In this document: positions 25,865 through 35,522 of the stretch, one piece after another
Layout: each line of letters opens with the position of its first letter
How positions within the stretch are numbered: the first letter of the stretch is position 1
Assembly (NCBI GenBank): GCA_041675145.1
Contig: JBAYUK010000002.1
Coordinates: forward strand, 88,530 to 152,529
Reading direction: 5' to 3'
From: Patescibacteria group bacterium
GTDB lineage: Bacteria; Patescibacteriota; JACPGU01
Length of the DNA: 64,000 nt
Made by a program: the position numbers and the translations under genes
The notes under the pieces: model-generated
What the model saw: only the letters and a program-made list of their open reading frames with translations
The model's database searches: none
What the model was told of the DNA's origin: nothing

Positions 25865-27730
25865 ATGACACAAGTAACAACAGACAATCAACCAACCTCA
25901 AGCGCTCCAAAACCTCGCTCTAACTTTCGTAAGAATAAAGATCGTGGCAGACAGCGTGCGCCAAAATCTCGTCACAATATTGTGACTCGTTCAGCAAAGC
26001 CTGAATCTTCTAATCAAACTCCCATCGTGAGTGGTTTGCCGACTCGCGCTAAGCTTAAAATCATTGCACTTGGAGGACTGGGAGAAGTAGGAAAGAATAT
26101 GACGGTTATTGAATACGATGACCCTCATGCTCCAGACGGAGGAGATATTTTAATTATCGACCTTGGTTTTGGATTCCCAGACCCAGACATGCCAGGAGTA
26201 GACTTAGTACTCCCTGACATCTCATATCTTGATGACAAGAAACATAAGATTCGTGGTGTAATTATTACTCACGGACACGAGGACCACATTGGTGGTGTGC
26301 CGCATCTACTGCCACACATTAATGCTCCTGTGTATGGTACGAAACTCTCAATTGGATTTATTGAAAAGAAATTTGAAGAGTACCCGATTCTTAAAAATAA
26401 TAAGTTCTTTGTTTTCGATCCATCTGAGACGCTTCAGATAGGAGTCTTTAAAATTGAACCATACCGTGTTGTTCACTCAATCATGGACTCAGTTGGATAC
26501 GCTATCCATACTCCGTTCGGTTTGATTGTTACAACTGGAGACTTCAAGCTTGATCCGGATCCAGTTGATGGACGACCAACAGACATGGAAAAGTTGGCTC
26601 GTATTTGTGAGAAAGACAAAGTACTTCTTTTGATGTCAGACAGTTGTAACGTTGAGCGTACTGATTTGCCAATTCCCGAGAAAGAACTCGGTAAGGCATT
26701 TGACGAGGTATTTACGATCGCAAAACACCGCATCATTATTACTTCGTTTGGATCTCAGGTTTCTCGTATGCAACAGGTTATTTGGGCGGCAGAAAAGTAT
26801 GGTCGCAAGATCTCTTTAGTTGGACGCAGTATGCAAGAGAGATTCGAAGTTGCAACTCGTCTTGGATATTTAAAAACGCAAAGTCCAGATCTCCTTATCT
26901 CGATGCATGATGTAAAGAAATATGCAGAAGATAAAGTTGTTATTCTTTGTACTGGTAGTCAGGGCGAGGAGCGCTCAGCACTCGTGCGTATGTCAACTGG
27001 TGACCACGCACAGATCAACATCAAGAAGACTGATACGATCATGTTATCTGCTTCTCCTATTCCTGGTAACGAAGGATCAGTTGTTCGTATGATGGACGAC
27101 CTTATGCGCCAAGGACCAAATGTTATCTATAACCAAAAGATGACGGTTCACGTTTCAGGTCACGCGTTCCAGAACGAGTTAACTACTATGATAGAAACAG
27201 TGAAGCCAGAGTACTTTATGCCGATTCACGGTGAGTACCATCACTTAGTGTTGCACCGCGAAGTAGCGGTGAGAACAGGTATCCCTTTTGATAACTGTTT
27301 TGTAATGGAAAACGGCCACGTTCTAGAGATCGACGAACGCGGTATGCAGGTAGCTGAAAAGCGTGCTAACTCCGGTATCGTTATTATTGACGGTGCTGGC
27401 GTTGGAGATATTGGACACATTGTTTTGCGAGACCGCCAAGCGATGGCGCAGTCGGGAATTTTCGTAGTCATTATTACTGTCGCAAAGCGTGATGGACGAA
27501 TGCTTACGAGCCCAGATATTATTTCTCGTGGATTCGTATATATGCGTGAAGCAGAAGAACTAATCCATGGAGCTCGTGATGAAATTAAGCATCTTATTAA
27601 GAGTTATGCGAAGCGCGACCCCGGTAACTGGAAGATGGTAAAAGACGTGATTAAAGACGAGCTAGCTGAGTACTTGTACAAGCATACCAAGCGTCGTCCA
27701 ATGGTGATTCCTGTTATAATTGAAATATAG
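25865..27730 (+). CDS. rnj: Ribonuclease J (metallo-beta-lactamase / beta-CASP family).
   Basis: 'HGHEDHIGG' MBL motif. A beta-CASP region and C-terminal domain are present. 621 aa with a basic N-terminal extension. Confidence 0.88.
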   Translation: MTQVTTDNQPTSSAPKPRSNFRKNKDRGRQRAPKSRHNIVTRSAKPESSNQTPIVSGLPTRAKLKIIALGGLGEVGKNMTVIEYDDPHAPDGGDILIIDLGFGFPDPDMPGVDLVLPDISYLDDKKHKIRGVIITHGHEDHIGGVPHLLPHINAPVYGTKLSIGFIEKKFEEYPILKNNKFFVFDPSETLQIGVFKIEPYRVVHSIMDSVGYAIHTPFGLIVTTGDFKLDPDPVDGRPTDMEKLARICEKDKVLLLMSDSCNVERTDLPIPEKELGKAFDEVFTIAKHRIIITSFGSQVSRMQQVIWAAEKYGRKISLVGRSMQERFEVATRLGYLKTQSPDLLISMHDVKKYAEDKVVILCTGSQGEERSALVRMSTGDHAQINIKKTDTIMLSASPIPGNEGSVVRMMDDLMRQGPNVIYNQKMTVHVSGHAFQNELTTMIETVKPEYFMPIHGEYHHLVLHREVAVRTGIPFDNCFVMENGHVLEIDERGMQVAEKRANSGIVIIDGAGVGDIGHIVLRDRQAMAQSGIFVVIITVAKRDGRMLTSPDIISRGFVYMREAEELIHGARDEIKHLIKSYAKRDPGNWKMVKDVIKDELAEYLYKHTKRRPMVIPVIIEI

Positions 27731-27752
27731 AATTACTCGTAACAACACTCCT

Positions 27753-28262
27753 ATGAGTATCGCAAATCTTCCATTTGGTGAAATAGAAAAATTCAATGTT
27801 GTAGTAGAGATACCACAAGGTAGCCAGGATAAGTATGAGTACCGTGATGATCTTGGTGTTATGGAATTAGACCGCGTACTTTTTGGGGCACAACGATATC
27901 CTGTAAACTATGGATTTGTGCCTGAGACTCATGCAGAAGATGGAGACCATACTGATGTTTTGTTGCTCTCTACTAATCCTATTATTGTTGGCGGTATGGT
28001 TGCTTCTCGTGCTGTAGGATTTATGGATATGGTAGATAATGGAGAAGTTGACTGCAAGGTAATTGCAGTACCAGTTCATGACCCTCGCTTTGAGCACATA
28101 AAGGACATTTCTGATGTTTCTCCTCACCTACTAAAAGAGATACAGAACTTTTTTGAGAGTTATAAAGCTCTCCAGAAAAAAACAGTTGAAATCAAAGGTT
28201 TTTCAGGAAAAGAACGCGCAATAGAGGAACTAGAAAAGACACGTGCTGCGTACACGAAATAA
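27753..28262 (+). CDS. ppa: Inorganic pyrophosphatase (family I).
   Basis: 'FNVVVEIPQGSQDKYEY…DGDHTDVLLL' are family I PPase motifs. The ORF-track start at 27720 is a TTG overlapping rnj; I moved the start to ATG 27753 (MSIANLP…), which matches the E. coli Ppa N-terminus. Confidence 0.88.
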   Translation: MSIANLPFGEIEKFNVVVEIPQGSQDKYEYRDDLGVMELDRVLFGAQRYPVNYGFVPETHAEDGDHTDVLLLSTNPIIVGGMVASRAVGFMDMVDNGEVDCKVIAVPVHDPRFEHIKDISDVSPHLLKEIQNFFESYKALQKKTVEIKGFSGKERAIEELEKTRAAYTK

Positions 28263-28282
28263 CGAGAGATACGGAAGTGCTA

Positions 28283-28312
28283 AAAAGACCCCTTTTTATG
28301 GGGTCTTTTTAT
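28283..28312 (+). terminator. Rho-independent terminator (AAAAGACCCC-TTTTTAT-GGGGTCTTTT plus T-run) after ppa.
   Basis: Perfect 10-bp inverted repeat followed by a T-tract. Confidence 0.7.
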
Positions 28313-28365
28313 ATCCAAAAACCTTGCTTTATTTCATACTGTGTTGTGTGCTAGAATAGATCTAT

Positions 28366-30612
28366 ATGAAGAAGAACTTCAAGAAAAACAAAAAATCATC
28401 CTTTAAGGAAGAGCGGGATAGTAAGAAAGAAGTAGGACGCGAGCCTGGTTTTTCACTGAGTCCTGACACGAAGCGAGAGATTGCCTCTATCACCCTTATG
28501 GTGCTCGGTATCGTGTGCTTTCTCAGTCTTTTTAGTCTCTTTGGTGTAGTAGGTGGAGCAATCCACGATATATTGCGTCAAGGGTTAGGTTGGGGCTCTT
28601 ACTTGTTTGCCTTCTCTCTTGTTGGGGTAGGGTATGCTTTGTTCTTCCCTGACCGTTTTAGATTGCATCCTGCCACGTATATCGGGCTTACGGCAGTCAA
28701 TGTACTCGTACCGATGTTAATCCATGTATTTGTGAACACCGATATGTCACTCGCAACAGCAGCAGACGGTAATGCAGGTGGTTTTGTAGGGCACTTACTG
28801 GGTACTGGTCTCAAGCAATCAGTCTCTCTTACGGGAGCCCTTATTATTTTGCTCGCTTTAATCATTGTCTCAGTCCTTGTTGTGTTTAATACAAGCTTGA
28901 AGCGTATCCAGGAAACACTCGAAACTGAAGCGCTTGAGGCAGAAACAAATGCAACAGAACAAATTGGAAGACTAAAGATTAATCTTCCAAAGATTAATCT
29001 GAAAGATCTTGCTAACGCCAAGAACGCAGATAGCGATGACGATGAGAAACCTCCTGTAAAAGAAGGTATCTCACCATTCAAAAAGAAAGAAGCAGCTACT
29101 CCAAAAGAAGGAGATAAGCCAGAAAAGACAGTACAAGACCAAGACTGGAAATATCCAGCTACTAATATTTTAGATAGTTCAAAATACACCGTCGAAAGCG
29201 GTAATGTAAAAGGTAATGCAGAGATTATATCAAAGACACTTTCTCAGTTTGGAATTGGCGTAACGATGCAGGACGTAAATGTCGGTCCGACTTTTACGCA
29301 GTATACACTCAAGCCTTCAGAAGGTATGAAGTTGTCTAAGATTACGAATCTTCAAGACGACCTTGCCCTAGCCCTTGCTACTCACCCAATCCGTATTGAA
29401 GCACCGATTCCGGGTAAGTCACTTGTAGGAGTTGAAGTGCCAAATAAGAAGGTAGCTCAAGTTCGTTTGCGTGAGTTGCTAGAATCAGGAGAGTATCGTA
29501 GCTTCGCAGACCGTGGGAATCTTGTGGTTGCACTTGGTAAAGACGTATCTGGTGCGCCTGCGGTAACGGACATTTCAAAGACCCCTCACTTACTTATTGC
29601 GGGTTCTACCGGATCTGGTAAGTCGGTGTGTGTAAACACCGTACTTGTGAGCTTACTGTATCGCTATTCACCGAAAGAACTACGCCTCATTCTAGTAGAC
29701 CCAAAGCGTGTAGAAATGACGGGATATAATGGTATCGCGCATCTTCTCACTCCAGTTATTACTGATCCAGACAAAACAATTAACGCGTTGCGTTGGGCGG
29801 TAAACGAGATGGAAAACCGCTACAAGATTTTGGCAGAAAGTGGCGCGCGCGAAATTGCCGGATACAATAAAAGACTTCCTAAAGAAGAAGAGAAGATGCC
29901 GTATATTGTGATTGTTATCGACGAGTTAGCGGATGTTATGATACAGGCAGCTCAAGAGGTAGAAGGTCTTATTGTTCGTATCGCACAGATGGCTCGTGCA
30001 GTTGGTATCCACTTGATACTTGCTACTCAGCGTCCGTCGGTAAATGTTGTAACCGGACTTATTAAAGCCAATGTTCCTGCGCGTATCGCGTTTCGTGTAG
30101 CATCACAAATTGACAGTCGTACTATTATTGATGGTGTTGGCGCAGAGCGTCTGATCGGTCGTGGAGACATGTTGTACCTATCTGGGGACGGTCAAAAGCC
30201 TCGTCGTATCCAAGGAGTGTTTATTGAAGATAAAGAAATTAAAACAGTGCTAGATGTGATTCGTGAACAGCAAGAGCCACAATATAACGACGAAGTAATT
30301 AAGCCTCAGAAATCTGCCCTCGGTAGTCATAGTGGAGGGGGTGCAAACAGCGATGCTGATGATGATATGTACCAACAGGCCTACGACGAGGTAGTGCGCT
30401 CTGGAAAGGCCTCTGCGTCGTTCCTACAGCGTCGTCTGGGAATTGGATACGCTCGTGCCGCACGACTCCTGGACCTTCTAGAAGAGAACAATGTGATTGG
30501 TCCCGGTAATGGCGCTAAAGCTCGTGAAGTAATGGTTGTGTCTGGCGACTCTAACGAGATGGCGCAAAGTATTTACGAAGATGATTGGGGAGATGGATCT
30601 GATAAAGAATAA
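28366..30612 (+). CDS. ftsK: DNA translocase FtsK/SpoIIIE.
   Basis: N-terminal TM helices are present. The motor domain has Walker A 'AGSTGSGKS' and 'DELAD'. The C-terminal gamma winged-helix is 'SFLQRRLGIGYARAARLLDLLEE'. Confidence 0.9.
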   Translation: MKKNFKKNKKSSFKEERDSKKEVGREPGFSLSPDTKREIASITLMVLGIVCFLSLFSLFGVVGGAIHDILRQGLGWGSYLFAFSLVGVGYALFFPDRFRLHPATYIGLTAVNVLVPMLIHVFVNTDMSLATAADGNAGGFVGHLLGTGLKQSVSLTGALIILLALIIVSVLVVFNTSLKRIQETLETEALEAETNATEQIGRLKINLPKINLKDLANAKNADSDDDEKPPVKEGISPFKKKEAATPKEGDKPEKTVQDQDWKYPATNILDSSKYTVESGNVKGNAEIISKTLSQFGIGVTMQDVNVGPTFTQYTLKPSEGMKLSKITNLQDDLALALATHPIRIEAPIPGKSLVGVEVPNKKVAQVRLRELLESGEYRSFADRGNLVVALGKDVSGAPAVTDISKTPHLLIAGSTGSGKSVCVNTVLVSLLYRYSPKELRLILVDPKRVEMTGYNGIAHLLTPVITDPDKTINALRWAVNEMENRYKILAESGAREIAGYNKRLPKEEEKMPYIVIVIDELADVMIQAAQEVEGLIVRIAQMARAVGIHLILATQRPSVNVVTGLIKANVPARIAFRVASQIDSRTIIDGVGAERLIGRGDMLYLSGDGQKPRRIQGVFIEDKEIKTVLDVIREQQEPQYNDEVIKPQKSALGSHSGGGANSDADDDMYQQAYDEVVRSGKASASFLQRRLGIGYARAARLLDLLEENNVIGPGNGAKAREVMVVSGDSNEMAQSIYEDDWGDGSDKE

Positions 30613-30623
30613 CTACATACTAT

Positions 30624-31115
30624 ATGGCAGATTTTTCATTTGATATTGAGTCACAATTTGATCGTCAGGAATTGGTTAATGCTGTTGACCAGGTGAAGCG
30701 TGAGCTTTCGTTTCGGTATGACTTTAAGACATCTCCATACGAGATTGAGCTCGAGAAAGATGTCTTGGTTGTCACCGCCGAGGATGACTACAAGTTAAAA
30801 GCCATTCACGAAATTATGCAGGCAAAACTTGTTGCTCGTAAACTAGATTTACGAGTGCTCGACTTCAACTCACCAAAAGAGCCTGCAGCTTTAGGCCATG
30901 TGCGACAAAAGATAAAAGTTATCTCAGTGCTCTCAAGTGAGAAAGCAAAGGAGATCTCAAAGCTTGTAACGCAGAACTTTAAAAAAGCGAAAAGCAGTAT
31001 TCAGGGTGAAACAGTGCGTGTTTCTTCTGCTTCAAAAGATATATTGCAAGATATCATGCAGTACTTAAAAGAGCATGATGTGGGAGTGCCACTGCAATAT
31101 ACGAACTTTAGATAA
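30624..31115 (+). CDS. yajQ: YajQ-family nucleotide-binding protein (UPF0234).
   Basis: 'MADFSFDIESQFDRQELVNAVDQVKRELSFRYDFK' is the typical YajQ N-terminus. 163 aa. Confidence 0.8.
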   Translation: MADFSFDIESQFDRQELVNAVDQVKRELSFRYDFKTSPYEIELEKDVLVVTAEDDYKLKAIHEIMQAKLVARKLDLRVLDFNSPKEPAALGHVRQKIKVISVLSSEKAKEISKLVTQNFKKAKSSIQGETVRVSSASKDILQDIMQYLKEHDVGVPLQYTNFR

Positions 31116-31137
31116 GTGTAATTGGTTATGATATAGG

Positions 31138-31163
31138 GAGAAGGGGCACCCCTTCTCTTTTTA
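31138..31163 (+). terminator. Rho-independent terminator (GAGAAGGGG…CCCCTTCTC plus TTTTT) after yajQ.
   Basis: GC-rich inverted repeat followed by a T-run. Confidence 0.6.
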
Positions 31164-31222
31164 TTGTAACTGTAATAGTATAGAGGTATCTTAATTATGT
31201 ATTGGAGGGATAAGGAGTATAT

Positions 31223-32257
31223 ATGGCAACAAAAAAGGAAGATATGGCACCCGAAGGACAAGGAGCTAGTAAGGAAGTAGAAGCAAAGCAGAAGGCGGTA
31301 CGCCTTGCTCTTGATCAGATCGAAAAGCAATTCGGGGCTGGGGCTATTATGAATATGGGAGATAACCATAAGTTAGATATCCAGGTTATTCCAACCGGTT
31401 CTTTGACGCTGGACATTGCTTTAGGTGCAGGCGGTATCCCAAAGGGTCGTATTATTGAAGTCTTTGGTCCTGAATCGTCTGGTAAGACTACGCTTACTCT
31501 CCATATGGCAGCAGAAGCGCAAAGACAAGGTGGTCTTGTTGCCTTTATTGACGCTGAGCACGCGCTTGATCCTGAATACGCAAAGCGCATCGGAGTGAAC
31601 TTAAACGACCTCCTTGTCTCTCAGCCAGATACTGGTGAGCAAGCACTGGAGATTGCGGAAACACTGATTCGTTCGAATGCAGTGGATCTGATTATTATCG
31701 ACTCGGTAGCAGCGCTTGTTCCTCGCGCAGAAATTGAAGGAGAGATGGGAGACAGCCATATGGGTCTTCAAGCTCGCTTGATGAGTCAAGCACTGAGAAA
31801 AATAACTGGTGCAGTTTCTCGTTCTAATACTTCTGTAATCTTCATTAACCAGATTCGTATGAAGATCGGAGTAATGTTTGGTAACCCTGAGACAACAACA
31901 GGCGGTAACGCGCTTAAGTTCTACGCATCAGTACGACTAGATATTAGACGAAGTGCGCAGATCAAGGACGGAGATAATGTTATGGGTAACCACGTTACCG
32001 TGAAGGTAGTGAAGAATAAGATTGCCCCACCATTTAGAGTCGCTGAATTTGATGTCATGTATAACGAAGGAATCAGCAAGACTGGAGAGATTGTAGATCT
32101 TGGAGTAAAGTTGGGAATTATTAATAAATCTGGTGCGTGGTTTGACTACGGAGAGCATAAGCTTGGCCAGGGTCGTGAATCTGCAAAACAATTTCTAAAA
32201 GACAATCCAAAAGTAGCGAAAGAACTCGAAAAGAAAATAATGGCAATGGCGAAATAA
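31223..32257 (+). CDS. recA: Recombinase RecA.
   Basis: '[16 protein letters not shown]', '[36 protein letters not shown]' and '[34 protein letters not shown]' are near-universal RecA blocks. Confidence 0.97.
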   Translation: MATKKEDMAPEGQGASKEVEAKQKAVRLALDQIEKQFGAGAIMNMGDNHKLDIQVIPTGSLTLDIALGAGGIPKGRIIEVFGPESSGKTTLTLHMAAEAQRQGGLVAFIDAEHALDPEYAKRIGVNLNDLLVSQPDTGEQALEIAETLIRSNAVDLIIIDSVAALVPRAEIEGEMGDSHMGLQARLMSQALRKITGAVSRSNTSVIFINQIRMKIGVMFGNPETTTGGNALKFYASVRLDIRRSAQIKDGDNVMGNHVTVKVVKNKIAPPFRVAEFDVMYNEGISKTGEIVDLGVKLGIINKSGAWFDYGEHKLGQGRESAKQFLKDNPKVAKELEKKIMAMAK

Positions 32258-32260
32258 TAA

Positions 32261-32911
32261 TTGGGAGACTTCGGTCTCCTAATTACTTTTATGATTATCA
32301 CCAAGATAGAACAGCAAAAGAAAAGACTAAATCGCTCATCTCTCTATATAGATGATGTGTTCTATTGTGGTGTAGATACACAAGTAGTAGTTTCTTGTAG
32401 TTTAAAAAAAGGAAAAGAAATAACTCAGGAAGAGCTCGATGAAATAGAGAGACGAGAGTTGTCTCATAAAGCGTGGGATTATGTATTGCGATTTGTAGGA
32501 ATTAGAATGCGTAGTGAGTTAGAAATCCGTCGTAGACTAAAACAGAAGGAATATAGTGAACCGCTTATAGATTCTCTTATAAAAAAATCTCAGGAATATA
32601 ATCTAATTAACGACGATCAGTTTGCTCAGGCCTATGTTAGAGATCGCGTATTGTTTCGTAATAAAGGAAAGCGAGCATTAGAGTTCGAGTTAAAGAACAA
32701 AGGAATAGAAAAAGATATAATTCAAAAAACATTATCCAGTATAGGAGAGGAGGATGAGTTAGGTACTGCTCGTTTGGCATTAACCAAAAAGTACAAAGGC
32801 AACAACTTTAGTGATAAGAAGGCTTATGAGAAGGCTATGCGTTTTTTAGCAGGTAGAGGGTTCTCTTGGCCTACTATACAGAAGGCACTAGATAAAAAAC
32901 CAGATTTATAG
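32261..32911 (+). CDS. recX: RecX-family regulatory protein; true start possibly downstream of the ORF-track start.
   Basis: Three-helix repeat pattern ('EIRRRLKQKEYSEPLIDSLIKK…DDQFAQAYVRDRVLFRNKGKRALEFELKNKGIEKDII'). It lies immediately after recA, which is the conserved synteny. Confidence 0.65.
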   Translation: MGDFGLLITFMIITKIEQQKKRLNRSSLYIDDVFYCGVDTQVVVSCSLKKGKEITQEELDEIERRELSHKAWDYVLRFVGIRMRSELEIRRRLKQKEYSEPLIDSLIKKSQEYNLINDDQFAQAYVRDRVLFRNKGKRALEFELKNKGIEKDIIQKTLSSIGEEDELGTARLALTKKYKGNNFSDKKAYEKAMRFLAGRGFSWPTIQKALDKKPDL

Positions 32912-33050
32912 TATATACAGAGTACTTGTTGTTTTCTCGTTAACCTCTCTTGAGAGGAGAAGGATGTTTCGAATACTCAAATACTTGAGTCTTGGCAATA
33001 TCTGGTTAATGAGAAATACTTCTAAGTTTTTATTTCTCTAAAACCGTTTT

Positions 33051-34511
33051 ATGATAAAACAAAACAGAACAAAAATAGTTGCAACAATTGGTCCAGCATC
33101 AGCAAGTGAAAAAGTACTACGAAGCTTAGTTGAGGCCGGTATGGACGTAGCTCGTTTTAACTTCTCACATGGTGAATACGATCTCTTTGAGGGGTGGCTT
33201 AAGATACTAAGAGCTATTAGTGTTGAGAAAAACCAACCAATAGCAGTTCTACAAGACTTACAAGGACCGCGTATTAGAGTTGGCGGTGACCTACCAAAAG
33301 AAGGTGTTACGCTTAAGGATGGAGAAGTAGTTGGTATTGGATACGGAGCATATAGAGTTGGCTTTGTGCCAATAGACTACCCCGGTCTTTTAAAGGACAT
33401 CGGTGTTGGTAGCAGGATCTTACTTGTTGATGGTCTTATTGAACTTCAAGTAGTATCTGTATCTAAAACAGAAGCACAAGCAAAGGTAGTAATAGGTGGA
33501 GATATTTTTCCTCATAAAGGAGTTAATATCCCGAATGGCAATCTTTCCATTAGTGCTTTAACCGAAAAAGATAAAAAAGATCTCCAGTGGGGGCTGAAAA
33601 ACGGAGTCGATTACATTGCTCTTTCTTTTGTTCGTAAAGCAGAAGATATTAAAGAACTCAAAGAGCTCATTAAGAAATACAAACCAGGCTCACCAGTACG
33701 AATTATCGCAAAGATAGAGATGCATGAAGCAGTAGACAATATACTCAGCATCTTGCGGGAAGTGGATGGCATAATGGTAGCTCGTGGAGACTTAGGTATA
33801 GAAATGCCAGCAGAGGACGTTCCTGTTGTTCAAAAGAAATTAATTCTAGCAGCAATTGAACACGGCAAGCCAGTTATAACTGCAACTCAGATGATGGAGT
33901 CTATGATGGAGAATCCTCGTCCAACCAGAGCAGAAGTCTCAGATGTTGCAAATGCTGTATTAGACGGAACTGACGCAGTAATGTTATCTGGTGAAACTGC
34001 AGGTGGTCAGTATCCAGTTGAAGTGGTCCAGATGATGACAAAGATTATTACAAAAGTAGAAAAAGAAATATTTAGACCAAAGAGCCATGGCTTTGAGAAC
34101 TTTACAAGAAAAGATCTCGAAGACTTACGTCACGGAGAAAGTAGAGTAACTTCTGCTGATGTGTTAGGAGCCTCAGTTGAGATGGTGGCAGCAGAAATGG
34201 AAGCACGCCATATAGTAGTTGCAACTCACTCCGGCTATTCTGCTCGAATGGTAGCAAAGGACCGTCCAAAAACAAATATTATTGCCCTCTCTCCTGATGA
34301 GATTGTGGTTCGTCAACTTGCTCTTGTGTGGGGCGTAAGATCATACTACCTACCATTCTTCTCAAGTACTGATGAATTGATGGCGGGAATTGTAGCATGG
34401 CTTAAGACCCACAAGCTGGCAAAGAAGAAAGAAATTGTAGCTATTGTTACAGCACACCCACTTAATACAAAGGACCATAATAATCTTATTAAGGTACAAG
34501 AGATTTCTTAA
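33051..34511 (+). CDS. pyk: Pyruvate kinase.
   Basis: 'TKIVATIGPAS', 'FNFSHGE', 'IIAKIEMHEAVDN…MVARGDLGIEMP' and 'MLSGETAGGQYP' are all characteristic. Confidence 0.9.
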   Translation: MIKQNRTKIVATIGPASASEKVLRSLVEAGMDVARFNFSHGEYDLFEGWLKILRAISVEKNQPIAVLQDLQGPRIRVGGDLPKEGVTLKDGEVVGIGYGAYRVGFVPIDYPGLLKDIGVGSRILLVDGLIELQVVSVSKTEAQAKVVIGGDIFPHKGVNIPNGNLSISALTEKDKKDLQWGLKNGVDYIALSFVRKAEDIKELKELIKKYKPGSPVRIIAKIEMHEAVDNILSILREVDGIMVARGDLGIEMPAEDVPVVQKKLILAAIEHGKPVITATQMMESMMENPRPTRAEVSDVANAVLDGTDAVMLSGETAGGQYPVEVVQMMTKIITKVEKEIFRPKSHGFENFTRKDLEDLRHGESRVTSADVLGASVEMVAAEMEARHIVVATHSGYSARMVAKDRPKTNIIALSPDEIVVRQLALVWGVRSYYLPFFSSTDELMAGIVAWLKTHKLAKKKEIVAIVTAHPLNTKDHNNLIKVQEIS

Positions 34512-34516
34512 GACAC

Positions 34517-34595
34517 GGAGGAGTGGTTGAAGGCGCAGTCTTGGAAAGACTGTAGGCTCGCAAGGGTCTCGCAGGTTCGAATCCTGTCTCCTCCG
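34517..34595 (+). tRNA. tRNA-Ser (anticodon GGA) with a long variable arm; the D-arm appears atypically short in my manual folding.
   Basis: GGAGGAG-TG-GTTGAAGGCG-CAGTC-TTGGAAA-GACTG-TAGGCTCGCAAGGGTCTC-GCAGG-TTCGAAT-CCTGT-CTCCTCC-G. The acceptor, anticodon stem-loop (GGA), class II variable arm and T-arm are clear. I could not place the 5' D-stem strand. Confidence 0.6.
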
Positions 34596-34726
34596 TTGCT
34601 ACTTTTTATTAGGAGTATTTTGTAGTATACAGTTTTTTTGCTATATAAAGCTATAAAAAAGTGATTGAAAAAAACCTATTTTCATGTTATAATAATTTCA
34701 AATATTACAAAAGTAAACACAAAGAT

Positions 34727-35434
34727 ATGACACAAAAAGGTACATTCTTGCAAAGGATCAGTGTGCGTAAAGGAGCACTCGCTCTCGCTTCTTTTCTCGT
34801 TGTTGCTAGTGCGGGTAGTTATGCTCTTGCGAGTAATACTTCAAACTTTCAGCTCACAATTAACCCAGGTACTCTCTCAATTGATATCGTAAATGGATCG
34901 TATGTAACTGTTGCTAGTCCAACTGTAGTATTTGGTGCAGTAACAACTGGATTCTCTTGTCAGACACCAGGAGCGACAGGTACTTTTGGTACAGCAACTC
35001 AAAAGCTATACATCGCTAACCCGGATGCGGCAGATAATGGTTGGACAGCATCACTTGCTGCCTCTGACCCAACAGACGAGTGGTCAGATACGGTGCCTTT
35101 AGACTTTAATGACCCGACTGGAACTCCATCAGGGTGTGCCGACGGAGCTGACGCAGACTCAAGTAAAGGAAAGATGACAGTAAATGCATCTGGTGCAACT
35201 CTCGCTAACGGTCAATGTACTGGGTGTAACACTTCAAATGTAACGCTTGGTAGCTCGGCTTCTTTCAGTGAAGGTGTTCTTGATAGCGTAACGGTTGCTT
35301 CAGCAGCTGCTGCAGCGAACGATATTGCTGACTACACGGTTCAAGGAGTGGCAGTGTCACAGACTATTCCAAGTTCTCAGCCAGCATCATCGGGATATGA
35401 CATTAACATGGTTCTTTCAATTGTTGCTCTCTAG
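34727..35434 (+). CDS. Secreted Ser/Thr/Gly/Ala-rich surface protein; paralogous to the C-terminal domain of the 1248-aa protein at 36846..40592.
   Basis: Start moved to ATG 34727 (MTQKG…) ahead of a Sec signal peptide (…ASFLVVASAGSYALA|SN). Conserved blocks are shared with the giant protein: 'LDFNDPTG…ADGADADSSKGKMTVN…G…C…LGSSASFSEGV' versus 'FDFNDPTANAIDGADADSKGGQMTIN…GC…LGSSSSFSQGV'. The C-terminal endings are similar ('…SIVAL' / '…ITITAL'). Followed by a strong terminator. Confidence 0.6.
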   Translation: MTQKGTFLQRISVRKGALALASFLVVASAGSYALASNTSNFQLTINPGTLSIDIVNGSYVTVASPTVVFGAVTTGFSCQTPGATGTFGTATQKLYIANPDAADNGWTASLAASDPTDEWSDTVPLDFNDPTGTPSGCADGADADSSKGKMTVNASGATLANGQCTGCNTSNVTLGSSASFSEGVLDSVTVASAAAAANDIADYTVQGVAVSQTIPSSQPASSGYDINMVLSIVAL

Positions 35435-35456
35435 AAAAAGTTGAAAAAAATATAGA

Positions 35457-35487
35457 AAATCCAGCCTTGCGAGGCTGGATTTTTTTA
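35457..35487 (+). terminator. Rho-independent terminator (AATCCAGCC-TTGCGA-GGCTGGATT plus TTTTTT).
   Basis: 9-bp GC-rich inverted repeat plus T6. Confidence 0.75.
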
Positions 35488-35522
35488 TGCTAGACTGAGG
35501 GCTAATACATACGAAGTAGTTT

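Noticed and set aside
28366-30612. FtsK-like ATPase considered as the missing T4SS coupling protein (VirD4/TraG).
   Set aside because: It has the N-terminal multi-TM domain plus the C-terminal gamma winged-helix 'SFLQRRLGIGYARAARLLDLLEE' of housekeeping FtsK. It lies 22 kb from the T4SS genes, among core genes.
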